Below, piece by piece: positions 20,481-30,800 of a stretch of DNA of 64,000 nt. The notes beneath the pieces were generated by a model, which was given only the letters and a program-made list of their open reading frames with translations, was not told the origin of the DNA and ran no database searches. Position 1 is the stretch's first letter, and each line of letters begins with the position of its first letter. The position numbers were made by a program, and so were the translations under genes. The DNA is from Aulosira sp. ZfuVER01 (GTDB lineage: Bacteria > Cyanobacteriota > Cyanobacteriia > Cyanobacteriales > Nostocaceae): contig JAVRCV020000066.1 in NCBI GenBank assembly GCA_034530615.2, positions 16,576 to 80,575 on the forward strand, in the 5' to 3' direction.

Positions 20481-21203
20481 TCATCCCCAGTTCCTCATTT
20501 CTGATTTAGGCTTATCGCTAAACAAACCCAACACAGGGCCGAGAATTGCGCCAAAGAGGAATCCGCCTGCATGGGCCCAGTAAGCGATACCACCGCTTTC
20601 CATACCGATGTTAGTAGGTGTTTCTAAACTGGCGACACCGTAGAAAGCTTGTTGGAGAAACCAGAAACCGAGAAAGAAATATGCAGGTACTCGGAAAGTG
20701 GGGAAGAAAAACCCTAAAGGTATGACACCGAGAATTTCGGCTTGGGGAAAGCGCAGAATGTATGCTCCCATAACACCTGCGATCGCACCACTCGCCCCCA
20801 AAGAAGGAATGTTAGAATTCTGGGAAAAATACCACTGGCTTAATGATGCCAAAACTCCGCAAGATAAGTAGAAAAGCAAATACTTAAAATGACCTAGCTT
20901 ATCTTCTACATTGTTACCAAAAATCCAGAGAAACAACATATTGCCAGCTAGGTGCAATAAACCGCCGTGTAAAAATTGTGAGGTAATTAAAGTTGCCCAC
21001 TCTGGTACAGGTTGATGTACAGATACACCAGCAAAGCTTAAAGTGAGTTCTTGCGGAACTACCGCTGCTAAGTGCAAAAACCCATCTAATGCTCGTGGGG
21101 GAAGACTGGCTTCATAAATAAAAGCGAGAACATTTACAGCAATTAGCCCAAAAGTTACATAAGGGGTGATTGATGTGGGATTATTATCTCTAATTGGAAC
21201 CAC
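20481..21203 (-). CDS. Rhomboid family intramembrane serine protease (tandem paralog)
   Basis: FLHGGLLHLAGNM, GASGAI, AHAGG. Confidence 0.93.
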   Translation of the reverse strand: MVPIRDNNPTSITPYVTFGLIAVNVLAFIYEASLPPRALDGFLHLAAVVPQELTLSFAGVSVHQPVPEWATLITSQFLHGGLLHLAGNMLFLWIFGNNVEDKLGHFKYLLFYLSCGVLASLSQWYFSQNSNIPSLGASGAIAGVMGAYILRFPQAEILGVIPLGFFFPTFRVPAYFFLGFWFLQQAFYGVASLETPTNIGMESGGIAYWAHAGGFLFGAILGPVLGLFSDKPKSEMRNWG

Positions 21204-21445
21204 AGGCTCTTTTCCTTACATATAAGCAACTAGCCTCACAATACTGGCTATTACTACTAGTTGCTTCTACCTGGTGGATAGATATTACAAATGATGAATG
21301 CTTCTCAAGGATGGGTAGCTCTTGCCCAAAATTCACTATATTACAGTGTGTTTACTTTGTTACTGGTAGTTCTAATTCAGTAAAATAGTCTGGTTGTACT
21401 GCTGTGGGCAAGGGTGCCAGGTAGTTAGGTATAAGCATTGTCATC

Positions 21446-22039
21446 ATGAACTGGTTAGCCCACTTGTTATTGTCTGAACCAAACGTTGAGAGTCGCTTAG
21501 GTAATCTCCTGGCCGATATTGTCAAGGGAACGGCTCGTCAGGATTTAAACTCTCATATCCAGCGCGGAATTGCTTGTCATCAAGTAATTGACAAGTTTAC
21601 AGACAATCACATAGTTGTACAACGAAGTAAAGAGCGCATCAATTCAAGCTACAGAAGATTTGCTGGTGTATTGGTTGATGTATTTTACGATCACTTCCTC
21701 GCAAAAAATTGGTCGCAATATTGTTACATATCTCTTGATGAGTTTACAGCAGAGATTTATGAATCGTTTCGAGCCTATCAAGGTCATATACCCCCAATAG
21801 TCAGGGAAGTAATTTCTCGCGTAGCTGCTGAAGATTGGTTGGGATCTTACCGCAATGTATCTGGTGTAGAAAATGGTCTGTTTCGGATATCAAGACGTTT
21901 ATCACGGCGATGCAACAGACATTTTAGTTTAACTCCAGCTATCAATGAACTCATTACCCACTACGATGCTCTGGAGTATGACTTTCAAGAATTCTTTCCA
22001 CAATTATTTTTTCATGTGCAGAATTGGTGTATTTCTTAG
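21446..22039 (+). CDS. acpH: Acyl carrier protein phosphodiesterase family protein
   Basis: MNWLAHLLLS, GNLLADIVKG, H..IDKFTDNH, DVFYDHFLA, WLGSY. Confidence 0.85.
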   Translation: MNWLAHLLLSEPNVESRLGNLLADIVKGTARQDLNSHIQRGIACHQVIDKFTDNHIVVQRSKERINSSYRRFAGVLVDVFYDHFLAKNWSQYCYISLDEFTAEIYESFRAYQGHIPPIVREVISRVAAEDWLGSYRNVSGVENGLFRISRRLSRRCNRHFSLTPAINELITHYDALEYDFQEFFPQLFFHVQNWCIS

Positions 22040-22150
22040 TTGACCCTAATAAATACCCTGCTTTTTCTTGGCGTACTTGGCGGTTAGTTTTTTAATTAAG
22101 TCCAAATTCATAGAGAATTGGTATTAAATGCACATCTGCCAATCAAACTC

Positions 22151-22771
22151 ATGTTTTTTACCAATTCTTTAGAAAATCAACTCCAGCGTTGGAATGACAT
22201 TATTCGCAATCAGCCACAAAATCCTAATGCTTATATTCGTCGCGGTATGGTCAACTTCCAACTTGCGAAAATTGATGAATCTATTCAAGATTTTGATACA
22301 GCAGAACAACTAGATGCTCGTCTTAAACCATATCTGTGGCAACGTGGACTATCTTACTATTATGCAGAAAGATTTGCTGAAGGCGCTCAACAGTTCGAGA
22401 TAGATTTGACAGTTAATGCCCAGGATGTAGAAGAAACAGTATGGCGATATCTCTGCATAGCTCGCCTTTCTGGTGTGAAAGAAGCCTCTAATTCACTATT
22501 AACTGTGAAAAATGACCCCCGCCGTATTATGCGGAGCGTGTATGATTTCTATGCGGGAAATGCCACACCAGATGATGTTTTAAATGTTGGGAAATCAGAA
22601 GGAGTAAAAGGTAATTTTTACAGCCATCTTTATTTAGGATTATATTATGAAGCTGAAAATAGTCGGGAATTAGCACAGGAATATATAGTTAAAGCTGCTG
22701 ATAATTATAAAATTGATGATTATATGTGGTATCTGGCGCAAGTACATAAAAACCTGCGGAAATGGTCTTAA
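22151..22771 (+). CDS. TPR protein (NlpI-like)
   Basis: AYIRRGMVNFQLAKIDESIQDFD, YLWQRGLSYYY, FYSHLYLGLYYE; start could be 22118. Confidence 0.75.
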   Translation: MFFTNSLENQLQRWNDIIRNQPQNPNAYIRRGMVNFQLAKIDESIQDFDTAEQLDARLKPYLWQRGLSYYYAERFAEGAQQFEIDLTVNAQDVEETVWRYLCIARLSGVKEASNSLLTVKNDPRRIMRSVYDFYAGNATPDDVLNVGKSEGVKGNFYSHLYLGLYYEAENSRELAQEYIVKAADNYKIDDYMWYLAQVHKNLRKWS

Positions 22772-22894
22772 AATTCGGTTTCAAACTGCACTTGTCGGTA
22801 CAAATCAGCTTAGTCCTAGCCCGTCGTAGACATCGCATATCTACTATAGGAATCCGATTTGATTATTGAAAAAATCTAAGTATGGGTAGTATGT

Positions 22895-22972
22895 GTAGGG
22901 TGCGTTATCACGAAGTGTAACGCACCGCATTCTAGACCTTGGTGCGTTGCGCTACGCGACAACACACCCTAC
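22895..22972. repeat. GTAG-type REP doublet (REPIN-like) element
   Basis: GTAGGGTGCGTTA..TAACGCACC-spacer-GGTGCGTTGCG..CAACACACCCTAC. Related copies at 50471-50561 and 51382-51460; lies among other repeat remnants (22845-23054). Confidence 0.7.
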
Positions 22973-23103
22973 TGGCGTGTCTAGACTAAAATGTGGTAAA
23001 TTCCCAATTTTAGTCAACACATACAACAATAATTTGTACAGTGCGTAAGTCCTAGCACTAACAAATGCAGCGTTGGTACAAGCTGATTTGGACAACACAA
23101 CCT

Positions 23104-23505
23104 TTACGGCTGCTGTTGCGGTTTAAGTTTCTGTTGCAGCCTTAATACATCCATTTGCTGTCTTTGTTGTAGTAGTAATTGGTCTTGTCTAAATTGTCCA
23201 AACGGGTGTTGTCTAAAATTTCCAAAACGCTGTTGTTGTCGTAGTTCATTTTGTTGTCTAAATAGTTCGAGACGCTGTTGTTGTCGCAACATTTGTTCAT
23301 CTTGCTGCTGTCTAAATTGTTCCCATTGTTTTTGAGAACTTGGAGAAGATACTTGTTTGTTTAACTGTTTCTTTTCTGGTTCTAGTTGCTGTTGATTTTG
23401 AGGTATTGTCTGAGCTATGTCTGCTCTTACAGGAGAATAAATCGCTAAATCTATTGTCAGGATAGTAAGTAGTAGCCCTGATTTAACTAAGAATGAATTA
23501 GTCAC
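23104..23505 (-). CDS. Gln-rich secreted hypothetical protein
   Basis: Signal peptide ending PVRA, then repeated FRQQ/QQQ low-complexity sequence; GTG start behind GGAG. Confidence 0.65.
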   Translation of the reverse strand: MTNSFLVKSGLLLTILTIDLAIYSPVRADIAQTIPQNQQQLEPEKKQLNKQVSSPSSQKQWEQFRQQQDEQMLRQQQRLELFRQQNELRQQQRFGNFRQHPFGQFRQDQLLLQQRQQMDVLRLQQKLKPQQQP

Positions 23506-23779
23506 GTCGCTTCGCTCCGAATTTAAAATTCAAAACTAATGATTGCCACAAATAAATTTAGGAATCAATTGATATTACTGTCCTTGCTTCTCACTATGCT
23601 AAGTCTGGCTATATTTTGGCTGAAAATTTTTCAAGTTCCACTAAAGCGATCTATATATTATTTTACAAAATCTTCCCTTGATAAACTTCTGACTTCCGGT
23701 ACAAAAACTTAACTTTGTTGACGTTGGGAATGTACTGAGAATACGGTGAAGTTAATTGTAGAGTCTACTGCTGCTAGCC

Positions 23780-26700
23780 ATGCCCCTGACATTTACCTTC
23801 GCCCTGAGTCAACAGCAAACCTTTGAACTGCGCTGTAATTATGGTTCACGTCGCTTGGATAAACCGGAGTTAGCAGCACTGATTGATTTATCGGAGCAAA
23901 ATTACTACACTCAACAAACAGACCGCTTACCTTATCTCACTCAGTTAGGACGGCAGCTTTATCAATGGCTGGATGGGAAGGAAGGATGGCTGAGAAGGGC
24001 GCTGGATGAGGCGGATGAGCAAACGATTTATTTAGATTTGATTCAAACTAGTGAAGCGCAGGGGTTAAACGCAGATACCGAACGGGTGGCGTTGGGATTG
24101 GCGCATTTACCTTGGGAATTGCTACATGATGGTAATGGGTTTTTAATTGAACGCCGGGATATTTCCGTATTACCTGTGCGTGCTGTGCAGCAGCGTCAAA
24201 CTCAAGTAATTGGCGTGCAAAATCGCCCGTTGCGGTTGCTGTTTATGGCGACTTCTCCCGAAGATCCGCGAGTTCCGCCGTTAAAATTTGAGCAAGAAGA
24301 AGCGAATATTTTACAAGCAACCAAGGATCAGCCTTTGGCGTTGATTGTTGAGGAAAGTGGCTCGGTTGCAGAGTTAGCCAATTTAGTGAAATCATATCCA
24401 GAAGATTATTTTGATGTTTTTCACCTCACGGGACACGGGATAATTTATACCCAAAAAGACTACGGCTTTTTGCTACCAAAAGGAGAAAGCCTACCAGATA
24501 ATACTCCCTGCTTTATCACTGAAGATGAGGTGGGGAATTTGCAACTTACCACCGTCAATGACTTAGCTAAAGCCTTTCGCGGACGCTGGCCGCGTGTAAC
24601 TTTTCTTTCTGGCTGTCATACGGGACAGGTTCCTAACAAAGGGACAGTACCCTCAATGGCGCAGGCGTTGGTGAAAGCGGGCGCGGGTATGGTTTTAGGC
24701 TGGGCGCGTCCGGTGTTCGATAATACGGGTATTGTAGCGGCACAGGCACTTTATCAAGCTTTGGCGACGGGGGCGACTGTGGAAGCTGCTGTGAAAGCGG
24801 CGCAGCAGGAGATGATTGACAAAGAACGCACGGACTGGCATTTGTTGCGGGTGTATCGGGATACGCGAGAGATTGCCGAACTGGTGACACCACTGAGAAC
24901 ACCAAAGCGCGAAAAGCTGAAGTTTACAGTTCCAGAGCAAGAATTCCTCGATGAGCATAATCAAGTTAAAGTTGCCAGTCGGTTGGAATTTGTGGGACGC
25001 AGGCGACCTTTGCAACGGTGTCTGCGGGCGTTGCGGGAAACTAGCGAGCAAATCGGCGTATTTATTGCGGGGATGGGGGGACTGGGGAAAAGTACTCTGG
25101 CGGCGCGGTTATGTACGCGGGTTGAGGCGCAGCGTCCCAACTTTGCGCGGGTGGTGTTGATTGGCGTTTTGGATGAAAGCGGTTTGCTGAATAAGCTTTC
25201 TAGTAAGTTTGAACGGTTTGCTGATGTTCCCGCACTGTTGAATAAACCAAAGGTAACACTCAAAGGGCGGTTGCAAAACTTTTTTGCGGCGATTGAACAA
25301 GAACACAATCAACCTTTGCTGCTGGTACTGGATGATTTTGAGCAAAATATCCCCAAAGCTAATATTGAGGATGGCTCATTGCGGATGACGGCACAAACTT
25401 ATGAGATTTTAGAGGCGATTTGTGCGGCATTGGCAGAGAATGGGGGAGAAAGTCGGCTGATTGTTACCTGTCGCTATTTAAAAGCAGATACCTTACCACC
25501 TCATCGCCTGCACTTGGAATCTTTGGCAGGGATGAGCAGCAGTGATATTGATAAAATTTGCTTTGCTTTAGATAAGGAAGTCAAGCAGCAGTTAAGAACG
25601 CAACGGATTCTCAAGATTGCGGATGGAAATCCCCGCTTGCTGAAGTGGCTTTTGGAGGTGATTCAGCAGCCAGGAATAGCGGCGGATGAATTGCTGAGTC
25701 GGTTGGAGGCGACTGAGCAGAAATTCCGGGAGGATGTTGTGGCGCAAACTCTGCTGGATGCTTTGGATGTGGAGGAGCAAAAGTTTCTCGCGCGGTTGAG
25801 TGTGTTTAATTTGCCTGTGACAGAGGAGATTGTGCGGGCAATTTCTCCCGTCAATGACTTGGCAGTTTTAGGCAAGTTAACCAGCCTTAGCTTAGTTGAA
25901 TCTGCCACCACTTACCCCAACCAGCCGGTTAATTACAGGGTGACGACAATATTAGAACCGTTGTTAGAACCAGTGTTGACTGAAGAAGAATGGCAAGCAA
26001 CTCAAAAGGAAGCGGTGAGGAAAATCCATCAAGCTTGGTGGGAGGAGTCTGAGCAAACAACGGAAGCAAAAGCAATGGAAATTGTGCGGTTGGGACTGCT
26101 GGCAATAGAACAGGAAATTACTACCAGAATTGGGGCTGGTATTGCAAGCCATTGGATGAATAATTCTCGGTTTGTGGAAGCTTTTGATTTATGTGAGCAA
26201 GTGCTGGCAGTTTTTACGGACTACCGCATCTTGGGAACAGTCGCCCATGCAGAAAAGGTTTTGGGTTTGGTGCAAGAGGCTGTGACCCATTATCAAAAAG
26301 CCTTAGACCTCTGTCCGGAAGACGACTTCCAAGAAAAAGCCAGTATCCTCAACAATATGGCAGGAGTATTCGCCCACCAAGGGGAAATCCCAAAAGCGAT
26401 GACACTTTGGGAACAATCCTTGGTAATATCTCAGCAGATTTATGATGTCGGTGGCAAAGCCAGTATCCTCAACAACATGGCTTCTGTAATCGCCCAACAA
26501 GGGGAAATCCCAAAAGCCATAGCACTTTGGGAGCAATCTTTGCAAATAAAAGAGCAGATTGGCGATGTTGGTGGTAAAGCTACTGTCTTCAACCACATGG
26601 CACAGGTAATTGCCCAACAAGGGGACATACCCAAAGCGATGACACTTTGGGAGCAATCCTTGGAAATATCTCAGCAGATTGGTGATGTTCTTGGCAAAGC

Positions 26701-27607
26701 TACTATCTTCAACAACATGGCATTGGAATTTGCTCACCAAGGGAACATCTCAAAAGCGATGACACTTTGGGAGCAATCCTTGGAAATATCTCAGCAGATT
26801 GGTGATGTTCTTGGCAAAGCCAGTATCCTCAACAACATGGCATTGCAATTCGCCAATCAAGGGGACATCCTAAAAGCGATTGTACTTTGGGAGCAATCCT
26901 TGGAAATATCTCAACAGATTGGTAATGTCAAAGGCAAAGCCAGTATCCTCAACAACATGGCAGCAGTAATCGCCCAACAAGGGGACATCCCAAAAGTGAT
27001 CGCACTTTGGGAGCAATCTTTGGAAATATTTGAGCAGATTGGTGATGTTGGTGGCAAAGCTGCTACTCTCAACAACATGGCACAGGTATTCGTCCAACAA
27101 GGGGACATCCCAAAAGCGATCGCACTCTGGAGGCAAGTCGTTTCCATACTTGTACAAATACGGGCTTATAGTAATTTGGTGACAGTACTGTGGAACTTAG
27201 GCATAACGGCTGAAAGCAACGGTTTGGTTTACTTAGCGCAAGCACTCTGGCTGACGCTGAAGATTCAAGCGCCCTTAGCAGATACCATTAACCTAATCCG
27301 TGCTCTTTATAGGAGAGTGCCTCAAGGCGATGAACTACAAGCTTTACTAGGGACAATGGCAATATTCTTTTGTAGTGGACGAGGTGAAGGTAATCCGCAG
27401 TTAGAGGAACTTCAAGAGCGTAGTTGGCAGATGATATTAGGGGCAGCGGGTGTCCAAGAAATTGATACACAGGAAGCGTTTGAGGCTTGGTTTGTCCAGC
27501 AACGCCTGAATGATCCAGAATATTTCCTTCCCCGACTCAATCAACGCCTAGAGGAGATTGTTGGCGATGGGTGGGTGTTTGAGCGTAGTCAGGTTGTGGG
27601 GGAATGA
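23780..27607 (+). CDS. CHAT (caspase-like) domain - STAND/NB-ARC-like ATPase - TPR protein
   Basis: LPWELL, FHLTGHG and FLSGC (His/Cys dyad); FVGR, GMGGLGKS Walker A, LLVLDDFE Walker B, IVTCR, GNPRLL; about seven 40-aa TPR repeats. Confidence 0.9.
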   Translation: MPLTFTFALSQQQTFELRCNYGSRRLDKPELAALIDLSEQNYYTQQTDRLPYLTQLGRQLYQWLDGKEGWLRRALDEADEQTIYLDLIQTSEAQGLNADTERVALGLAHLPWELLHDGNGFLIERRDISVLPVRAVQQRQTQVIGVQNRPLRLLFMATSPEDPRVPPLKFEQEEANILQATKDQPLALIVEESGSVAELANLVKSYPEDYFDVFHLTGHGIIYTQKDYGFLLPKGESLPDNTPCFITEDEVGNLQLTTVNDLAKAFRGRWPRVTFLSGCHTGQVPNKGTVPSMAQALVKAGAGMVLGWARPVFDNTGIVAAQALYQALATGATVEAAVKAAQQEMIDKERTDWHLLRVYRDTREIAELVTPLRTPKREKLKFTVPEQEFLDEHNQVKVASRLEFVGRRRPLQRCLRALRETSEQIGVFIAGMGGLGKSTLAARLCTRVEAQRPNFARVVLIGVLDESGLLNKLSSKFERFADVPALLNKPKVTLKGRLQNFFAAIEQEHNQPLLLVLDDFEQNIPKANIEDGSLRMTAQTYEILEAICAALAENGGESRLIVTCRYLKADTLPPHRLHLESLAGMSSSDIDKICFALDKEVKQQLRTQRILKIADGNPRLLKWLLEVIQQPGIAADELLSRLEATEQKFREDVVAQTLLDALDVEEQKFLARLSVFNLPVTEEIVRAISPVNDLAVLGKLTSLSLVESATTYPNQPVNYRVTTILEPLLEPVLTEEEWQATQKEAVRKIHQAWWEESEQTTEAKAMEIVRLGLLAIEQEITTRIGAGIASHWMNNSRFVEAFDLCEQVLAVFTDYRILGTVAHAEKVLGLVQEAVTHYQKALDLCPEDDFQEKASILNNMAGVFAHQGEIPKAMTLWEQSLVISQQIYDVGGKASILNNMASVIAQQGEIPKAIALWEQSLQIKEQIGDVGGKATVFNHMAQVIAQQGDIPKAMTLWEQSLEISQQIGDVLGKATIFNNMALEFAHQGNISKAMTLWEQSLEISQQIGDVLGKASILNNMALQFANQGDILKAIVLWEQSLEISQQIGNVKGKASILNNMAAVIAQQGDIPKVIALWEQSLEIFEQIGDVGGKAATLNNMAQVFVQQGDIPKAIALWRQVVSILVQIRAYSNLVTVLWNLGITAESNGLVYLAQALWLTLKIQAPLADTINLIRALYRRVPQGDELQALLGTMAIFFCSGRGEGNPQLEELQERSWQMILGAAGVQEIDTQEAFEAWFVQQRLNDPEYFLPRLNQRLEEIVGDGWVFERSQVVGE
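26336..27130 (+). repeat. 120-bp tandem repeats encoding TPR units
   Basis: Units start AAAGC(C/T) at 26336, 26456, 26576, 26696, 26816, 26936, 27056 (last partial). Confidence 0.9.
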
Positions 27608-27807
27608 GGGAGATGAGGGGGAGTGCGATCGCGTTAATCTTAAATTAATGGCTGACAATGCGATCGGCTAATGCAATCCTTCAATATCACACTACCAGAT
27701 GCAATAAAGCCTTAGTTTCTCAGGTTTGGGGATCGTCTTTTGAGTGAATCCTAGCCTACGATTAAGTTGAGAGAATCCCAAGAAGGCAGTTCTGGAGTGA
27801 GGCATTT

Positions 27808-30800
27808 ATGAGCCAGTATCTTTCCAGTAATCTCACTGGTACTGAAGAAACAGAGGTTTTTGTTTTTGCCGCTTCTTTTGCCCAGCAACGGTTATGGTTT
27901 CTCAACCAGTTAGTACCAGGCAATCCATTTTATAATGTGCCAACAGCACTTCGCCTGAGCGGTTCCCTCAACTTCACCGCCTTACAGCAGACATTTAACG
28001 AAATTGTCCGCCGCCACGAAACCTTACGCACTACGTTTGTAATGGCAGAAGGGCAACTTCTACAGGTAATAGCTCCCACCTTAACCATACCTTTGCCTGT
28101 CATAGACCTGCGCAATTTTGAGAGCCAAGAACGCGAACAACAAGCGCAGCGACTCGCAACCGTAGAAGCTCAACATTCTTTCAATCTGAACACCGGGCCA
28201 TTGTTGCGATTGACGCTGCTACAACTTGATGCAGCAGAATATATCCTACTGCTGAATTTGCATCATATTGTTGCTGATGGTTGGTCTATTGGCGTGCTAA
28301 TTAGAGAACTAGGCGCACTATATAAAGCATTTGTCGAGAATAAACCATCGCCTTTGCCAGAACTAACCATTCAGTATGCAGATTTTGCCGAATGGCAGCG
28401 GGAGTGGTTGCAACAAGTTGGAACTAACGGCTGTACACCCCTTGAAACTCAATTAGCTTACTGGAAACAACAGTTAGATGGGGTTTCGCTGCTGAATCTT
28501 GCCACAGACAAGTTAAGGCCGGCGGTTTCCACCTATCAAGGTGCGAAACAATTTATAGAACTACCGCAGTATTTAACTCACAAGCTAGAGCAACTTAGTC
28601 AGCAAACAGGTGTTACCTTATTCATGACTCTGTTAGCAGCATTCGGGACTTTACTTTATCGCTACACCCAGCAAGAGGATATTGCTGTTGGTACGCCTAT
28701 TGCCAATCGCAACCGCAGCGAAATAGAAGGTTTAATTGGTTTTTTTGTTAATAGTTTGGTGTTACGTACTGATTTTTCCGGCAATCCGACGTTTCGAGAA
28801 TTGTTGCAGCGGGTGCGCGAGGTAACTTTGGCAGCATACAACCATCAAGAATTGCCTTTTGAAAAGCTGGTTGAGGAACTGCAACAACAACGAGATTTAA
28901 GTCGCCATCCTTTGTTTGGGGTAGTATTTAGCCTGCAAAATACTCCCATTCAAGCGCTAGAGTTACCAGGGTTGAGGCTTTCGCAGTTTGATTTCGATAG
29001 CAAAACAGCCAAGCTCGATTTAGAGTTTCACCTGTGGCAAGATTTAGAAAGTCTCAAAGGAGAAGTAGTTTATAGCACCGATTTATTTGATGATATTACT
29101 ATTACTCGGATGCTGGGGCATTTCCAAACACTGCTAGAAAGTATTGTTGCCAATTCAGAACAGCGCTTAACAGACTTGCCTTTATTAACTGCAAATGAAC
29201 AGCAGCAGTTATTGATTGAGTGGAATGATACTAAAAGAGAATACGCAGAGAATAAGTGTTTTCATGAGTTATTTGCAGCACAGGTAGAGAAAACGCCGGA
29301 TGCGATCGCGCTAGTATTTGAACAGAAACAGTTAACCTATCGCGAACTCAATACTCAAGCCAACCAACTTGCAAGCTACCTACAACAATTGGGAGTACTC
29401 CCAGATAGTTTAGTTGGGATTTGCGTAGAGCGTTCGCTAGAGATGATAGTTGCACTCTTAGGCATCTTCAAGGCTGGTGGTGCATACCTACCTTTAGATC
29501 CTAGCTATCCTCAAGAACGTCTTCAATTCATGCTAGAAGACACAAAAGTATCAGTTTTGGTAACTCAACAGAAATTTGTTGAGCTTTTTGGGAACGCGGC
29601 AATATCTGTAGTTTACTTGGATCGGGATAGAGAAATAATGGCTTCCCAAAGTCAAGAAAACCCAAATAGCTATGTAACATCTAGCAACTTAGCTTATGTT
29701 ATTTACACCTCTGGCTCAACAGGCAAGCCTAAAGGCGTTTTAATCGAACATCGAGGACTTTCTAACTTAATAAAAGCTCAGATTGAAGTTTTTAACTTGC
29801 AGCGAAGTAACCGTATTCTGCAATTTGCATCCTTAAGTTTTGATGCGGCAATTTTTGAGATTGTCATGGCGCTGGGAACAGGAGCAACTCTATATTTAGC
29901 AAAGCAAGAATCCCTGCTACCCGGTCAAAGTTTAATTCAATTATTGCGCGAAAACGCTATTACTCACATTACCCTTCCACCTGCTGTTTTGGTAGTTCTT
30001 CCTACAGAATCACTTCCCGCATTGGAAACTATCATTTGTGCAGGTGAATCTTGTTCCCAGGAGATTGTAAAACGTTGGTGGAGTCCTAATCGGAGATTTT
30101 TTAACGCTTACGGCCCAACTGAAGTAACCGTTTGGTCAACTATTGCTGAAATTAATTCTATTTGTGAAAAACCGCCCATTGGTCGCCCTATTGCTAACAC
30201 TCAAATTTATATACTAGATAAACATTTACAATCTGTACCAATCGGAATTCCTGGTGAAATATATATTGGTGGTCAGGGAATTGCACGAGGCTACCTCAAC
30301 CTTGATGAATTAACTTTTGAAAAGTTCATCTCTAATCCTTTTGCCAAAGTAGAAGGAAGTCGTCTATATAGAACAGGTGATTTAGCTCGTTATCGACCAG
30401 ATGGCAATATTGAATTTTTGAGTCGCATCGATAATCAAGTAAAAATTCGCGGCTTCCGTATTGAGTTGTTAGAGATTGAATCAGTACTAAATCAGCATGA
30501 AAGTGTGGCAGAAGCAGTAGTGGTGGCTCAAGAAATTGTATCTGGTGAAAAGGACTTAGTAGCTTATATTGTTCCCAAATTAAAGCAGACAGAAATAACA
30601 AATAAACTACGAATATTTATCAAAGATAAATTACCAGAATACATGGTTCCAAAAATCTTTGTAATATTAGATTCTCTACCCCTCACTCCTAATGGCAAAG
30701 TTAACCGCCAAGAACTAGCAGAACTTGATATTTCAAATAGCCGTTCCATAGATAAAATCTTTATCGCTCCTCGTAATTCAACCGAGTTAAAGTTGGCAGA

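Noticed and set aside
21446..22039. AcpH as part of the NRPS cluster
   Set aside because: It is almost 6 kb upstream and separated by unrelated genes; no evidence beyond plausibility.
24633..27470. Multiple antisense ORFs within the CHAT-TPR gene (and similar short shadow ORFs across the window)
   Set aside because: They overlap well-supported genes, lack motifs, and reflect codon bias or repeat periodicity.
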